Below are positions 9,727 to 20,775 of a DNA stretch of 64,000 bases, one piece after another. Every line of letters begins with the position of its first letter. Position 1 is the first letter of the stretch. Source of the DNA: a virus (Duplodnaviria; Caudoviricetes); IMG/VR virus record IMGVR_UViG_3300013901_000008, positions 32,001 to 96,000 of that record; one strand, given 5' to 3'. Made by a program: the position numbers and the translations under genes. Under the pieces are notes generated by a model. The model saw only the letters and a list, made by a program, of their open reading frames with translations. It searched no databases and had not been told where the DNA came from.

Positions 9727-10477
9727 TACCTCCTTTCTCCTTATCGTCCATCATCTCCTCCATATACTCCATATAGTCCGGCACCTTGCCATCGCCTACG
9801 GAATGAAGGTTCTCTTCCTCGGCTATCTCCTGCATATCCTTTTGCGTAAGACCATACTTGCGAGCCATCTTGCGCTTGTACTCATCGGTATAGTTCACGC
9901 GGTCGTGCTTCACGATGCTCACGTCTTGCGTAATGGCAATGCGGCTCATGTCCGGCATCTCCTCGGTGGCATCCTTCTCCTCCTGGAAGTTACCGTAGAT
10001 ATTCGCCAAGGCATCCATGCCCTTGGAAACAGAGCGGTCGTTGTTCTGCATCTTGCCAGTGCGAATGAGCCATTCGGCGGAAGAGATATACATCTGCTTG
10101 TGTCGGGGACTCTCGTCGGTAGTGAAGAAGCGAATGATATGGTTGCAGACAGCCACATCATTGTTGAGTTCGGTGATGGTGCGAGGCTTAATGTCGCCAT
10201 TCTCGTCGATGTCGATATGCAGAGCCATCACCATCGCCTGTGCCTCCTGGTTGCCCTGTCCTGCTTGGTTCAAGAGCATCTCGTAGTCACGTCGTGCGAT
10301 GTTGCGGCAGGTGGTGCGAGGGTCTATGTCCTTGTTTTGCACCCATCGGGTATAAAACTCCTTGCAGAGCTGCATCCGGTAGCGTTGCTCCAGCTTGGGG
10401 AACATCGTTTCCAGGCTTACCCCATTGGATAGCCACTTGTCGATGCGGGCAAGGGTGTTTTGTGTCAGTTGACTCAT
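9689..10477 (-). CDS. putative terminase small subunit
   Basis: First gene of the terL operon, helical, with an acidic C-terminus; positional inference. Confidence 0.5.
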   Translation of the reverse strand: MSQLTQNTLARIDKWLSNGVSLETMFPKLEQRYRMQLCKEFYTRWVQNKDIDPRTTCRNIARRDYEMLLNQAGQGNQEAQAMVMALHIDIDENGDIKPRTITELNNDVAVCNHIIRFFTTDESPRHKQMYISSAEWLIRTGKMQNNDRSVSKGMDALANIYGNFQEEKDATEEMPDMSRIAITQDVSIVKHDRVNYTDEYKRKMARKYGLTQKDMQEIAEEENLHSVGDGKVPDYMEYMEEMMDDKEKGGNGDEEQKEQPLP

Positions 10478-10556
10478 GTTTGTATCATTGTCTTATAGTG
10501 TTTATGTATGTTATGTATCGTTCTCTTTCTCTTCCGAGAAATCTTTACTTCGCCTA

Positions 10557-10593
10557 CAAAATTATAAAATTCCCCATAAACGGTAGGGACAAA
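10557..10593 (-). promoter_or_regulatory. late promoter (leftward, terminase operon)
   Basis: Minus strand reads TTTGTCCC-N21-TAATTTTG. Confidence 0.7.
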
Positions 10594-10603
10594 GCTAAAG
10601 GCC

Positions 10604-10640
10604 TTTGTCCCCACCAATCAGAGCAAAACCATTACCTTTG
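10604..10640 (+). promoter_or_regulatory. late promoter (holin/neck/tape measure operon)
   Basis: TTTGTCCC-N21-TACCTTTG. Confidence 0.75.
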
Positions 10641-10724
10641 CCTTAGATTTTTGGTTTCATCATCGCAAAACGAGAAACCGAGACTCAGGATAACATACAT
10701 TTATTATATAACAAAGAAAAGACA

Positions 10725-11408
10725 ATGCAAACTATCATTCCTTATGTCACAAGGTTCCTGGCAGCCATCATCGGCATCATCTGGTGCTACATCGAACCTT
10801 CCATCAATTACATCGCCGTATGCGCCTTCGCTCTCCTCCTGGATTGCTATACAGCCTGGCGATTGAACCGACGCATCTACAGCCGCTATCGAGAAGCCAT
10901 TAAGAAAGACCCTCGATGTAAGATAGACGGCAAGCTGAAATCGAAGAAGATGGCAAAGATGGTGCAAGATTTCTCGGTGCTCATCATGGCGATATTCCTT
11001 GCCACGCTCGTAGATACCGTGATACTCGACTACATGAATCCTCTTCACCTCGCCAACTATCTCGCCGCCATCTATTGCAGCGTCCAGTTTATCAGTGTTC
11101 TCGAAAACGAGAGTACCTGCAATGGTGCAGCCTGGGCAAAAGTGATGCAGAAGATTGTGGCTGATAAGACGGAACGACATTTCAATGTCAAGATGAAAGA
11201 CTTGATAGAAGAGGAAGAGGAAATCAAAGGCAAAGACCCCTACGGGCATAAAAGCAATTCCGAGATAGAGGAGGACGAAAGAAGCAATGTTTCTTCTGGC
11301 AGGAAATCCCCATCGCCCGACAACGATTCTGCACCATCAGGAGAAGAGTCTGCATCAAATGAAGATGAAGATGATGCAGATAAATCGGAAGATACCAACT
11401 ACCCTTAA
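10725..11408 (+). CDS. phage holin family protein with acidic disordered tail
   Basis: Several hydrophobic segments and an ISVLEN motif typical of Bacteroidetes phage holins. Confidence 0.7.
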   Translation: MQTIIPYVTRFLAAIIGIIWCYIEPSINYIAVCAFALLLDCYTAWRLNRRIYSRYREAIKKDPRCKIDGKLKSKKMAKMVQDFSVLIMAIFLATLVDTVILDYMNPLHLANYLAAIYCSVQFISVLENESTCNGAAWAKVMQKIVADKTERHFNVKMKDLIEEEEEIKGKDPYGHKSNSEIEEDERSNVSSGRKSPSPDNDSAPSGEESASNEDEDDADKSEDTNYP

Positions 11409-11454
11409 TTTCGGTACGGAATAAGTTAATAATGTGTTAATAATCCATTGAATT

Positions 11455-12081
11455 ATGACAATATCAAACGTTTTGGAGCATTGGGCTGAAATCTACAAGC
11501 CCCTCTCTCACGACCCATTGAGCAAGAAACTGGAAGAGAAGAGCTTCTTCAGAATCCGATATATCGACCTGGAGAATGTTTTCTCTCGTAATGCCAATAT
11601 CATCCACTCGCCATGTATGCTTTACAGTACCATCAATACAGGAGAGTTTCTTGCGGTCAATAAGATGCAAGTCTCCCATCAGATATGGTTCCTTACCAAG
11701 ATTAAGGACACACCACAAACCCTTGGTAGATACGATGGCATACAGATAGAGCAAGCCTCCATCAGTTTGATGGAGTATTGCAAGGATTTGGTGTCGTGGA
11801 TGGTAGAAGTGAAGCGCACAGGTAAGTGCCCTATCACCAATCGCTCCTTCGCCGATGAACCTGCGGTAATGAGCGAATTGCAGAGCATCGACATTAGCTC
11901 TATCTCCTGCGGACTGATAGGCGACATCTATAATGGGCAGTGGCTGGTGGCAGGTGTCGATTGGAAAGCCATCCAACCCCTCTATAAGTTCGGCTGTGGT
12001 GGCAATGATAAGTACATCGTTCCCAAGAATGATGATGCAGACGGCGACACCGAAGGCGATGCAAACGAGAAAGACGAATAA
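11455..12081 (+). CDS. putative tail terminator/completion protein
   Basis: Size and position upstream of the tape measure gene. Confidence 0.45.
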   Translation: MTISNVLEHWAEIYKPLSHDPLSKKLEEKSFFRIRYIDLENVFSRNANIIHSPCMLYSTINTGEFLAVNKMQVSHQIWFLTKIKDTPQTLGRYDGIQIEQASISLMEYCKDLVSWMVEVKRTGKCPITNRSFADEPAVMSELQSIDISSISCGLIGDIYNGQWLVAGVDWKAIQPLYKFGCGGNDKYIVPKNDDADGDTEGDANEKDE

Positions 12082-12189
12082 AGAAAATCATAGTTGTATC
12101 AAAACCATATTGCCCTATTCCTATCCCATTATCCCTACATAGCGGATAGTGGAGAGGGTAGGGCAAAGGTTTTCTAAAACAAAAACGAT

Positions 12190-12720
12190 ATGGGTGAACC
12201 GATAAAAAATCCGATGTTCCCTTTTAGCAGGGTAGCACGGCGATACTTCCAGCAAACCATCAATCAGTTGGAGGTGAATACCATGACCCAGTGCATATTC
12301 CCCAAGGAAGTGTATAATGGTTATGCCATCGTCAACCAGAAGCGCAAGGAAATGAAAAACGCCTGGTATTCTACTGGCGAGGGTGTGAAATCCTTTGCGG
12401 GCAAGATTATCGAGGCTGGCGATTATGGCAAGGTAACGATGGCGTTTGAGTTTAACGACTATATGCGCTTCGTGGATATGGGTGTGGGTCAAGGTACTAA
12501 GTACGAGGACGTGCAGAATGGCAAGAAAGCCCGATACCAAACTCGATATATTTCCAAGTGGAACAGAAAGGCGGGTAGTTCCCAGCGTCCTGCCATCATG
12601 ATGGAGCTTCGCCACTTACAACAGCGCATAGCCAACTATCTCGTAGATTTCTACGGATATGAGGGAGGCGTGAAACTCCTGAATACTTTTGCGGATGCAA
12701 GCCCTATCCAGTTATTCTGA
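12190..12720 (+). CDS. putative neck/tail-completion protein
   Basis: YMRFVDMGVGQG motif, basic protein, directly before the tape measure gene. Confidence 0.55.
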   Translation: MGEPIKNPMFPFSRVARRYFQQTINQLEVNTMTQCIFPKEVYNGYAIVNQKRKEMKNAWYSTGEGVKSFAGKIIEAGDYGKVTMAFEFNDYMRFVDMGVGQGTKYEDVQNGKKARYQTRYISKWNRKAGSSQRPAIMMELRHLQQRIANYLVDFYGYEGGVKLLNTFADASPIQLF

Positions 12721-12780
12721 TTTCCCCATTATATATTTCTCATTATATATATTGTATCATATTTAATCTAAACATAAAAT

Positions 12781-15700
12781 ATGGCAACAGCAAAGAAAAC
12801 TCAGATAGTCATAACCGCCAACGCCGCCGTAGCCAAGAAGGTGATGGATGAGCTTCAGCAGCGCATCGACGGAATTAAGCAGAAGATGCAATCGCTCGAT
12901 ATGACTCTCGATAAGGATAAGAAGGAATTTAAGAGGCTGAATAAAGAATTGGTTTCTTACAATTCTGCAGTGGCGCAAAATATCACAAATACCGAGCGAA
13001 TAAAGAAAGCTATCAACAATCTTTCAGGTACATCGCTCAAAGAACTGCGACGTGCCTTGGTAGCCGCGAAGAGCGAACTTGGCAAGATGTCTGAAAACAG
13101 CGCAGGCCTTGGTAGGGCACGCCAAAACGTTAAGACCCTGCAAGACCAGATAGACAAGCTTACAGGTACTGTTAGAAAGAATGGCAGCGCATGGCAAACG
13201 GCGATGAAGAACCTCGTGGCATATGTGGGTCTTTTCGGTGCTTTTAATATGCTCAAGCAGAAGCTTACGGATATTATCAATCTGAATCTGAAGTATTCCG
13301 ACTCCCTCGCCAACATCCGAAAGGTTACTAACTGGTCTATGGATTCTGTGGAGCAACTTTCTAATAGATTATCAAAACTCGATACCCGAACCAGTCTTGA
13401 AGGTCTCACACAGCTTGCCTATGTAGGCTCTCGTATGGGTATGGGTAAATATGGAGTTGAAGGCTTGGCGGAATTTGCAAAAGCCAGTGACCGTGTAAAT
13501 GTAGCCCTTAAAGAAGATCTCGGCGATGATGCCATGCTCATTCTCTCTAAGTTCGTAGAGACCATGGGCGAGGTAGAGAAGCACGGAGGCAATGTGAGCG
13601 ATGCGTTCGATGCAGTATCAAGTTCTATCTTTAAGTTGGCATCTACATCTACTGCCAATGGCGGTAATATCCTGGAGTTTGCCAAACGATTGACCGGTCT
13701 TTCTAAATCGGCGCATATCACGAGCGACCAGCTTCTCGGTCTTGCCTCTGCCAGCGACTCCCTTATGCTTATGCCGGAAGTTGCATCTACAGCCTTTGGT
13801 AAGTTGATAACAAGTCTGTGGACCAACTACCACGAGATAGAGAAGATGCTGGGCATGCAGGAAGATTCCCTGAAAGGTATGATGGAGAAGGGACAGACGA
13901 TGCAAGCCTTGGTTAAGGTTCTCGAAAACGTAAGCGACAAAAACCTTAGCTCCATGGACGAATACTTCAAAGAGTTTGGTTCTGATGGTCAGCGATTGAA
14001 GAGCGTGGTTGTTACTATGGCGCAAAACGTCGATGTGCTTAAAAGTCATTTGCAAGAGTCGAGTGAGGCATATCGCGACGGTACCGCAACCGCAAAAGAG
14101 TATGCCATCCAGCAGCAGACGGCACAAGCTATCATCGAGCGAGCCAATAACATGTGGGAGAAAGCTTTCGTGAATCCCGCTGGTATCGATTCTGTAAAAG
14201 AGATGGCAAAGGTGTGGTACAACTTTTCCAAAGAGCTTACGCAATCCAAGCCTTTCCTCGCCTCCGTGCAGTTGCTTTTTTGGGAGTTGAAGAAATCTGT
14301 AGAAGCTGTGCTATTGGTTCTTCCTGGTATGTTGGCGTATCTTGGAACTCGTGGCTTGGTAATGGCTTTCTCGAAGCTCATACCACTTATTACTGGTCTG
14401 AAAGCTACGGGCATTGCAACGTTTTTCTCTTTACTTACTGCATCTATAAAGGGTAGCCATATAGCAACACTTCGTCTTATTGTATCGTGGAAGCAACTTA
14501 GCCTTGCGATGAAGACTAACGTCATCGGTCTTGCTCTGTCCGTGGTTACGTCTCTCGGCTTCGCTCTTTACGATTTATTTAAAAATACCGAGAAAGCTGC
14601 ATCCTCGATGCAGAAATTCGATAAATCGTTCAAAGGCGTGCAATCTGCCGCAAACAGTGCAGTAGCTGAACTTGATGCCTATTATAATGCCATAAAGCGA
14701 GCTAAGAAGGGTTCTCACGAATATCAGGCTGCCATGCAAACATACACCGAGAAGTTCGGCGTATATTTCAAGGGGTTAAAGAAAGAGAACGGAATAGTTC
14801 AAGACCTTGCAGCGTCCTATCGAGCCGCCGCTAAAGCGATCCGTGCTAAGATTTTCTTGCAAATGCAGGAGGATGATATAAACAAACAGTATAAGCCTCG
14901 TGTAGCTTGGAGTCTTGACAAACTTGATGCTTACGGCAAGATTGCCCCTAAGGGTTTTGGTGCAGACGTATTAAAAGGCTACGAAGAAGATAGTAGAGGC
15001 AAGAATATGGGCACTATTATCACGGAACTCGCAAAGCGTTTTGGTTCTAAGAATGTGGCAAGGGTATTGGCTTCGGAAAAAGAAGGCAGAAATTCTGCAC
15101 AGGTTAAGAAGTACTACAAAGATACGCTTGGCGATGGTACCGTGCATCAGTATGTAAAGTACGAAGATTTACCTACAGCCGACCAGCAGTTGTTTAGAGC
15201 GATCCGCTATATCCGTCAATCACGTTCCGCTAATAATACTCTTAGCGGGGTTAAAGACAAGTATTCGGGTGTGCAGAAGGACATAGATGAATACTTGCAG
15301 TCTATAAATGGCACTAACGAAGTCCTTGGTGCGAGTGGTGGTGATATTGGCAGCGGCAAGGGTGGCGGCAAGGGCGGTCACACCGACAAGGGTGGTAACA
15401 CCGATAACAAAGAAAAGAAGCTCGCCGAGACTCGTGCCAATGCTCTCATTGCCAATATCAAGGCATTCTATGAGGAGCAGAAACGCAAGTACTTGGAGTG
15501 GGTAACAAAGATGAATGCCGATGGCGAGAAGATTAGCGAGGGTCAGCAAAAACAAATGATTGATTACCTCGATACTCGTGTGCAGACAGTTCTCGGTACT
15601 GCTAAGAAGTCTATCGCTACCCTCGATGATGGCTGGAGTAGAATCAAACAGACTATCGACGAAGATGTAATGGTCTTCGATGATGAAACCTCCAAAGAAC

Positions 15701-18348
15701 TTTTGGAGTCCATCAATAAGTCGGACATCAAGGGATTGCATGATCTATTCGAGAAACTATCGGGCGATTTATCTCGTGAAAACAACAAAACCCTATCCGA
15801 AAACTTAGGTGCGCTCCTCGACCAAATCTTTGCCAACGGTACGGCTGCAATGCGTGAGGCAGCCGAGAAGCTTATCGCTCACCAGCGAGAAATCCAAAAG
15901 ATTCTCAATGAGAACGATTATACCGGTGCAGTGGATCGTAACACTCGCAGCAACTTCGACACCATCGGACTCCTGCATCCTGCCAAAGAGATCAATGCCG
16001 ACACCAAGGAGGGATTGAACCAGATGAACAAATCTTTCGATGCGCTCACCAAGAAAGCTCGCTCTACAGTTTCAGAACTCTACGAGCTGAATCCTGCAAG
16101 CGATACCTTCCGAGATAGCTTCTTGGAATACCTTTCTGTGGCTAACGATGGCTTTGATTTCACGGTATTGAAGACGCAAGAATTGAAAGCCCTATATTTG
16201 GAGCTTATCAAATACACGGATAACTATACCGATGCAGAGAAACGTAAATACGACCAGGCTAAAAAGATTGCAGACCAAGCCTGGAGCGTTAATCAGCGTA
16301 ATCTCGCTAACCAAGAGAAACTACGCAAGATACAGCAGGAAAGCAGTCTCTTTGGCAAGAGAACCAACCTTCTTTCTAATCTCGGTCTTGCCGACCTCAC
16401 AGCCGACCCAGAGGTGGAGCTGATGAAGATGAAGATGAAGATGGCGGAAGACTATTATGCTTTCGTCGCCAAGAACTCGCAGAATATGCAGCTTATCCGT
16501 GAGGCTGACCGTGCAAGGGAGGAGGCTGAACTTGCCTATGCCAACCAAATGGCTTCGGCGATGAAAGAACGTCTCTCGCAGATGCAGAGTCTTGTGCAGC
16601 CTATCGTTACCTTTGGTGGCGAAGTAGGTAAAGCATTTGCCGAGATGCGCAACGACGTATCGAGCGCACAGGAAGCTATCAAGAATGCCCTCAAATCCAT
16701 GTTGGAGAGTTGGGGCAACATGGCTCTCAACGATGTAAACACGCAGATGTGGAAAGCCATTAACGATGCGGGAGCCAAGCGAGGTAAGAAAAACGCACAG
16801 CCTACCATCAATGCAGCTCGTGCCAATGCCGAGGCAAATACTCCTACTATCAAGGAGAACTTGACCGACATCGGCACAAAAACTAACCCGATGTATGTGC
16901 GGCTTGTGGACGAGGGTGCGCCTTACGTAACACAGCAGCCTCAATCCAGCTTCGAGAATATGCCAGTACAGCAGCAGCCTGTGGGCTGGAATCCAGACGG
17001 TTCGCCTAAGATGCCTAACGCTAGCTCGCCTATCGTTCCTCCTTACGCTCCTACCGATGCCCAGGGCAATCCTGTCGCTAACCAAGGAACGACCGAACAA
17101 AAAAACAATGTGCCTCATGCGTGGGCAAAGCGCAACAGAGACAATGCAGGTGCAGCTTATGAGGGCGCAGGCGATATGGCTGGCTCTGCCATCGCTGACG
17201 CAGCCACTGGCAATGGCAGCTCTTTCGCCAACGTAGCCGCTGGCATCGGTGGCAGTATCATCGGAGGCGTGATGAACATGGACTTCAATACCGGAGTCGG
17301 CAAGAAAGGCAAGGATGGTACCGATACCGATGCAGAACAGAAGAAGCAGCTCAAGAAAGAGAAGAAGCACCAAAAAGACCTTACCAAGGAGGTAAAGAAG
17401 GGCGCAAAGGATCGCTCCAGCGAGACTAAGAAAGGCGCGAAGGAAATTGTGCAGGCTACCGAGGAGGGTAATAATGAGCAGAGCAAGGGAACAGAGCTGA
17501 CACAGAAAGCTATCAGCACAGCCATTACTACTGGTCTTACTACCAACCTGGCAGCCAAGCGAGCCAACAACCAGGAAGTGGCAGCGGAAGATGCAGCCAT
17601 GGCGCAAACCGAAACTACCTTTTCAATCGTAGGTGCCATTGGTAAGTGCTTCGAGTTCTTGGGTCCTATCGCTGGCCCTATCGCCGCAGCAGTAGTGATG
17701 AGCACCCTTACTGGCTTGCTCAACTGGGCACTCTCTTCCGCCTTTGGCAGTAAGAAGAAGTCTTCTTCCTCTTCCACCAACACCAAGCTGGTAACAGGTA
17801 TGCTTACCTATGATTCGGGTAACGTTCAAGACTTGAAGCCTTTCGTCGCCGATAATGGCGAGGTATATTGGGCAAAGGAAGACGATGCGCCTAAGCAGGG
17901 TGGGGTACAGATGTTGTCGCAGCCTACAGCCACCACCATCAACGGACAGCCATCTCTGGTAGCAGAGAAAGGTCCCGAAATTGTGATTGGTCGAGAAACC
18001 ACCCATGCCATGATGATGAACAACCCTCAACTGTTGAAGGCTCTCGTCAACTATGACAGCAACTATTCAGGGAGAAACTCAGCACGCAGGGCATTTGATA
18101 ATGGCAACGTAGCCGATACCCTTGCAACAAGCTTGCAAGCAAGCAATGGTAATCTTTCGCCTGACGCGTCAGCGGCTGGCGACCTATTGGCAAGTAGTGC
18201 AGCGAGCAATGCAGCCCTCCTGCAAGCCGTCAATGCACTCCTGGAGCGATTGTCGCAGCCTATCAGCGCAAAGATTGATATGTATGGGCGTGGCAACCTC
18301 TATGATAGTATGACGAAAGCCAATCAGTTTATGAAGGGCAAATCATAA
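12781..18348 (+). CDS. tail tape measure protein
   Basis: 1855 aa, helical and Ala-rich; TP901-type core (SLANIRKVT...SKLDTRTS), hydrophobic segment, and C-terminal LVAEKGPEIVI. Confidence 0.9.
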   Translation: MATAKKTQIVITANAAVAKKVMDELQQRIDGIKQKMQSLDMTLDKDKKEFKRLNKELVSYNSAVAQNITNTERIKKAINNLSGTSLKELRRALVAAKSELGKMSENSAGLGRARQNVKTLQDQIDKLTGTVRKNGSAWQTAMKNLVAYVGLFGAFNMLKQKLTDIINLNLKYSDSLANIRKVTNWSMDSVEQLSNRLSKLDTRTSLEGLTQLAYVGSRMGMGKYGVEGLAEFAKASDRVNVALKEDLGDDAMLILSKFVETMGEVEKHGGNVSDAFDAVSSSIFKLASTSTANGGNILEFAKRLTGLSKSAHITSDQLLGLASASDSLMLMPEVASTAFGKLITSLWTNYHEIEKMLGMQEDSLKGMMEKGQTMQALVKVLENVSDKNLSSMDEYFKEFGSDGQRLKSVVVTMAQNVDVLKSHLQESSEAYRDGTATAKEYAIQQQTAQAIIERANNMWEKAFVNPAGIDSVKEMAKVWYNFSKELTQSKPFLASVQLLFWELKKSVEAVLLVLPGMLAYLGTRGLVMAFSKLIPLITGLKATGIATFFSLLTASIKGSHIATLRLIVSWKQLSLAMKTNVIGLALSVVTSLGFALYDLFKNTEKAASSMQKFDKSFKGVQSAANSAVAELDAYYNAIKRAKKGSHEYQAAMQTYTEKFGVYFKGLKKENGIVQDLAASYRAAAKAIRAKIFLQMQEDDINKQYKPRVAWSLDKLDAYGKIAPKGFGADVLKGYEEDSRGKNMGTIITELAKRFGSKNVARVLASEKEGRNSAQVKKYYKDTLGDGTVHQYVKYEDLPTADQQLFRAIRYIRQSRSANNTLSGVKDKYSGVQKDIDEYLQSINGTNEVLGASGGDIGSGKGGGKGGHTDKGGNTDNKEKKLAETRANALIANIKAFYEEQKRKYLEWVTKMNADGEKISEGQQKQMIDYLDTRVQTVLGTAKKSIATLDDGWSRIKQTIDEDVMVFDDETSKELLESINKSDIKGLHDLFEKLSGDLSRENNKTLSENLGALLDQIFANGTAAMREAAEKLIAHQREIQKILNENDYTGAVDRNTRSNFDTIGLLHPAKEINADTKEGLNQMNKSFDALTKKARSTVSELYELNPASDTFRDSFLEYLSVANDGFDFTVLKTQELKALYLELIKYTDNYTDAEKRKYDQAKKIADQAWSVNQRNLANQEKLRKIQQESSLFGKRTNLLSNLGLADLTADPEVELMKMKMKMAEDYYAFVAKNSQNMQLIREADRAREEAELAYANQMASAMKERLSQMQSLVQPIVTFGGEVGKAFAEMRNDVSSAQEAIKNALKSMLESWGNMALNDVNTQMWKAINDAGAKRGKKNAQPTINAARANAEANTPTIKENLTDIGTKTNPMYVRLVDEGAPYVTQQPQSSFENMPVQQQPVGWNPDGSPKMPNASSPIVPPYAPTDAQGNPVANQGTTEQKNNVPHAWAKRNRDNAGAAYEGAGDMAGSAIADAATGNGSSFANVAAGIGGSIIGGVMNMDFNTGVGKKGKDGTDTDAEQKKQLKKEKKHQKDLTKEVKKGAKDRSSETKKGAKEIVQATEEGNNEQSKGTELTQKAISTAITTGLTTNLAAKRANNQEVAAEDAAMAQTETTFSIVGAIGKCFEFLGPIAGPIAAAVVMSTLTGLLNWALSSAFGSKKKSSSSSTNTKLVTGMLTYDSGNVQDLKPFVADNGEVYWAKEDDAPKQGGVQMLSQPTATTINGQPSLVAEKGPEIVIGRETTHAMMMNNPQLLKALVNYDSNYSGRNSARRAFDNGNVADTLATSLQASNGNLSPDASAAGDLLASSAASNAALLQAVNALLERLSQPISAKIDMYGRGNLYDSMTKANQFMKGKS

Positions 18349-18454
18349 GACTATCAAGGTAGGCCAAGGAAACTGACAGAAGAAAACTCATATTTTCTCT
18401 AATGTTATATAGATTTGTTGGTTTATTTATTTAAATTTATGTTGTTTTGTTTAG

Positions 18455-18486
18455 AACCGCTTCGTTGTGATAACGAGGCGGTTTTT
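18455..18486 (+). terminator. intrinsic terminator
   Basis: AACCGCTTCGTT-GTGAT-AACGAGGCGGTT followed by a T-run. Confidence 0.75.
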
Positions 18487-18528
18487 CTATTCCCCGAACC
18501 CCTCGCCTGGGGCAGATTTTTTGCAAAG

Positions 18529-19109
18529 GTGGGAAAAGTGGGAAAATACCCCGAACACCGTGTATAATTTTTGCACATTTGTAACTCGTTGATTTTTTGC
18601 ACTTTACAACATACCCTCGTGTCAAAAGTGGGAAAATATTGCGAAAATCGCTATTATATATAAAATTTTTCCGCAATTTTTTCTCCTCCCAAAAATCAAA
18701 ATCCCCCAACTCCAAACATAAAGTAGGTAGCATATACGGCTATACCGTAAACATCAAACAATCAGTTAGTTATGAGGATAAGTTAAGAAGCAGATATGGG
18801 CTGAAAACATAGATTTTTCGCCTATTTTTCTATATTTCTCAAAATATATTTTTACCATTGCGCTCCGTGTATTTAGAAAAAATAATTAAATTTTCCCACT
18901 TTTATAAGATAACTTGCTGAATTTGTGGTAGATAAGGGCAAAAATAAGTTGTACAAAGCGTGAACAATATATGAACAATGCGTGAACTTTACAAGCCTTC
19001 TAAAAATTTTCCCACTTTTGAAAATTGGGCATTCAAAACGATTTTCCCACTTTTCGAGAATTTTCCCACTTTTCAAAAACACATTTCCCACTTTTCCCAC
19101 TTTTCCCAC
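18529..19109. repeat. iteron cluster (TTTTCCCAC), putative replication origin
   Basis: 3 copies as GTGGGAAAA (18529, 18538, 18628) and 7 as (T)TTTCCCAC (18891, 19007, 19042, 19061, 19084, 19092, 19101), in a ~930-bp AT-rich gap upstream of the primase. Confidence 0.7.
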
Positions 19110-19134
19110 TTTTGGGATTTCTTGGATTGTAAGT

Positions 19135-19250
19135 ATATCCCAAATAACCGTTCGTTAGTATAAAAAGCATTAAAATATAGGTATATCAAATAAATAAATA
19201 TCCCAAATATTGCATATTTAAAATTTATTTCTTAATTTTGCACCCGAATA
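19135..19250 (+). promoter_or_regulatory. early promoter with ATATCCCAAA boxes
   Basis: TTG...TAATTTTG (19233-19240); boxes at 19135 and 19198; strongly resembles the promoter at ~29800. Confidence 0.65.
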
Positions 19251-19282
19251 AGTATATATAGGTATATAACAATATCCGAGCT

Positions 19283-20404
19283 ATGTTTGAGGAAATATGC
19301 AGCATCTATGAGTCAGCCAAGGACGCACAAGGTCGCTTCGTAGATAGAGAGACAGGCGAGTGCATTCAGCAGATGTCTATCCGTGAGTTTTGTCTGACGG
19401 ATAGATGGAAGCCGCATGTGGAGCGATTAAGAGCGATGCGCCAGGAATATGGCGACAAGGCGAAGAAGATGCCCGAATATATCGAAACCAAGAAAATGTT
19501 GCCTGGAGCCACGTTGAGCGGTCTCTTCTCTCTCTACGAGGACGTGAGCCTTACCCACCCAGGGCAGATGGTGATGGTATCTCGAAGAGAGACCCACCTG
19601 AAGCAGCATACTGGCTGGCTCGCCATCGACATCGACTTGCAGGACAATGAGCAGCTTTCCAACTTCGAGAACATTAAGATGGTAGCTCGCTTCCGTCCGG
19701 AGATAGGCTTGCTGATGCGCTCCTGTTCGGGCACTGGATATTTCGGATTGGTTCGCTTGGCTTATCCAGATAAGCACAAGGAACAATTCAAAGCCTTGCT
19801 TCGAGATTACGCAGCCCTCGGCATCGTGCTCGACAAGCAATGTGGCAATATCGGACGAGTGCGCTTCGCATCCTGGGATGATGCAGCCCATATATATATC
19901 AATGAGAATGTGCAGCCATACCGAGGTATGCTAATGGATGAGCCGCAGGTGGTACCGCAAGCACAGAGAGGCTATTCGGGGAGTTATCCACAGCGTTATC
20001 CACAGTCGGGACAGAGTGGTATGTCGGAAATTCCGAACAACCACTCTTCGGGCTACAACCAGGAGGCAAGCAAGGCTTTTTGGAACGATCCTCGCACACA
20101 AGACCGATTGATAGAGCTGATGGTGAAGGCTCTCGTTGGCAGAGGCATCAATATCACCGAAAGCTATGACGAGTGGACCAAGTGCGGTTGGGCATTAAAG
20201 GCTCACCCTTACGGAGGACAGCTATTTCACGACCTTTCCGCTTGCAGCAAGAAATACAATTCGGCTCAAACTTCGCAAAAGTGGAGGCAGTTGGGTAGCA
20301 GTAATACGGTAACGTACAACTATCTGATTCACGCCTTCCGTCAGAACTTGGGCGATGCGGAATATCACGCCATCAAACAGCAGGTATGGAGAGAGCGAGG
20401 GTAA
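19283..20404 (+). CDS. primase-like protein (VirE N-terminal/BT4734-like domain plus PriCT-2)
   Basis: KKMLPGATLSG, HTGWLAIDID, RSCSGTG and ESYDEWTKCGWALK...FHDLS...SKKY motifs. Confidence 0.8.
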   Translation: MFEEICSIYESAKDAQGRFVDRETGECIQQMSIREFCLTDRWKPHVERLRAMRQEYGDKAKKMPEYIETKKMLPGATLSGLFSLYEDVSLTHPGQMVMVSRRETHLKQHTGWLAIDIDLQDNEQLSNFENIKMVARFRPEIGLLMRSCSGTGYFGLVRLAYPDKHKEQFKALLRDYAALGIVLDKQCGNIGRVRFASWDDAAHIYINENVQPYRGMLMDEPQVVPQAQRGYSGSYPQRYPQSGQSGMSEIPNNHSSGYNQEASKAFWNDPRTQDRLIELMVKALVGRGINITESYDEWTKCGWALKAHPYGGQLFHDLSACSKKYNSAQTSQKWRQLGSSNTVTYNYLIHAFRQNLGDAEYHAIKQQVWRERG

Positions 20405-20463
20405 TGATGATTAAGAATTAATAATTAATGATTAATAATTAAGAATTGATAAAGTTATAGATT

Positions 20464-20757
20464 ATGAAGACTAAAAGAAGAATGCCGCAGCCTCCTAAAG
20501 GTAGTTGGCTCGACAGAAATGGACAGCGATGGATTAAAATATTCTTCGATGTGATGTCCGGTTTCGGGGGGGGTGAAAAGTTCCTTCGTCAGGTAGGTAT
20601 CGTATTCCCGATGTTTTTCAGTTTTGAGCTGGGGCAATATGTGATAGATATGGATGCCTGTAATCTTCAAGAGAAGATACAGGATAGCTATCCTACATTA
20701 AAGAGATACTCGAATCTGCATTTCGAGATAACGAGTAATAAAATCTTACAAAGATAA
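20464..20757 (+). CDS. hypothetical protein containing an in-frame G8 tract
   Basis: 97-aa ORF; G8 at 20566-20573. Confidence 0.6.
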   Translation: MKTKRRMPQPPKGSWLDRNGQRWIKIFFDVMSGFGGGEKFLRQVGIVFPMFFSFELGQYVIDMDACNLQEKIQDSYPTLKRYSNLHFEITSNKILQR

Positions 20758-20775
20758 ACGGAAAGAGCCATTGGT

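Noticed and set aside
16321-17786. Long antisense ORFs (e.g. 16321-17607, 57311-58195, 59667-60761)
   Set aside because: They are shadow frames opposite well-supported structural genes and have no recognisable motifs.
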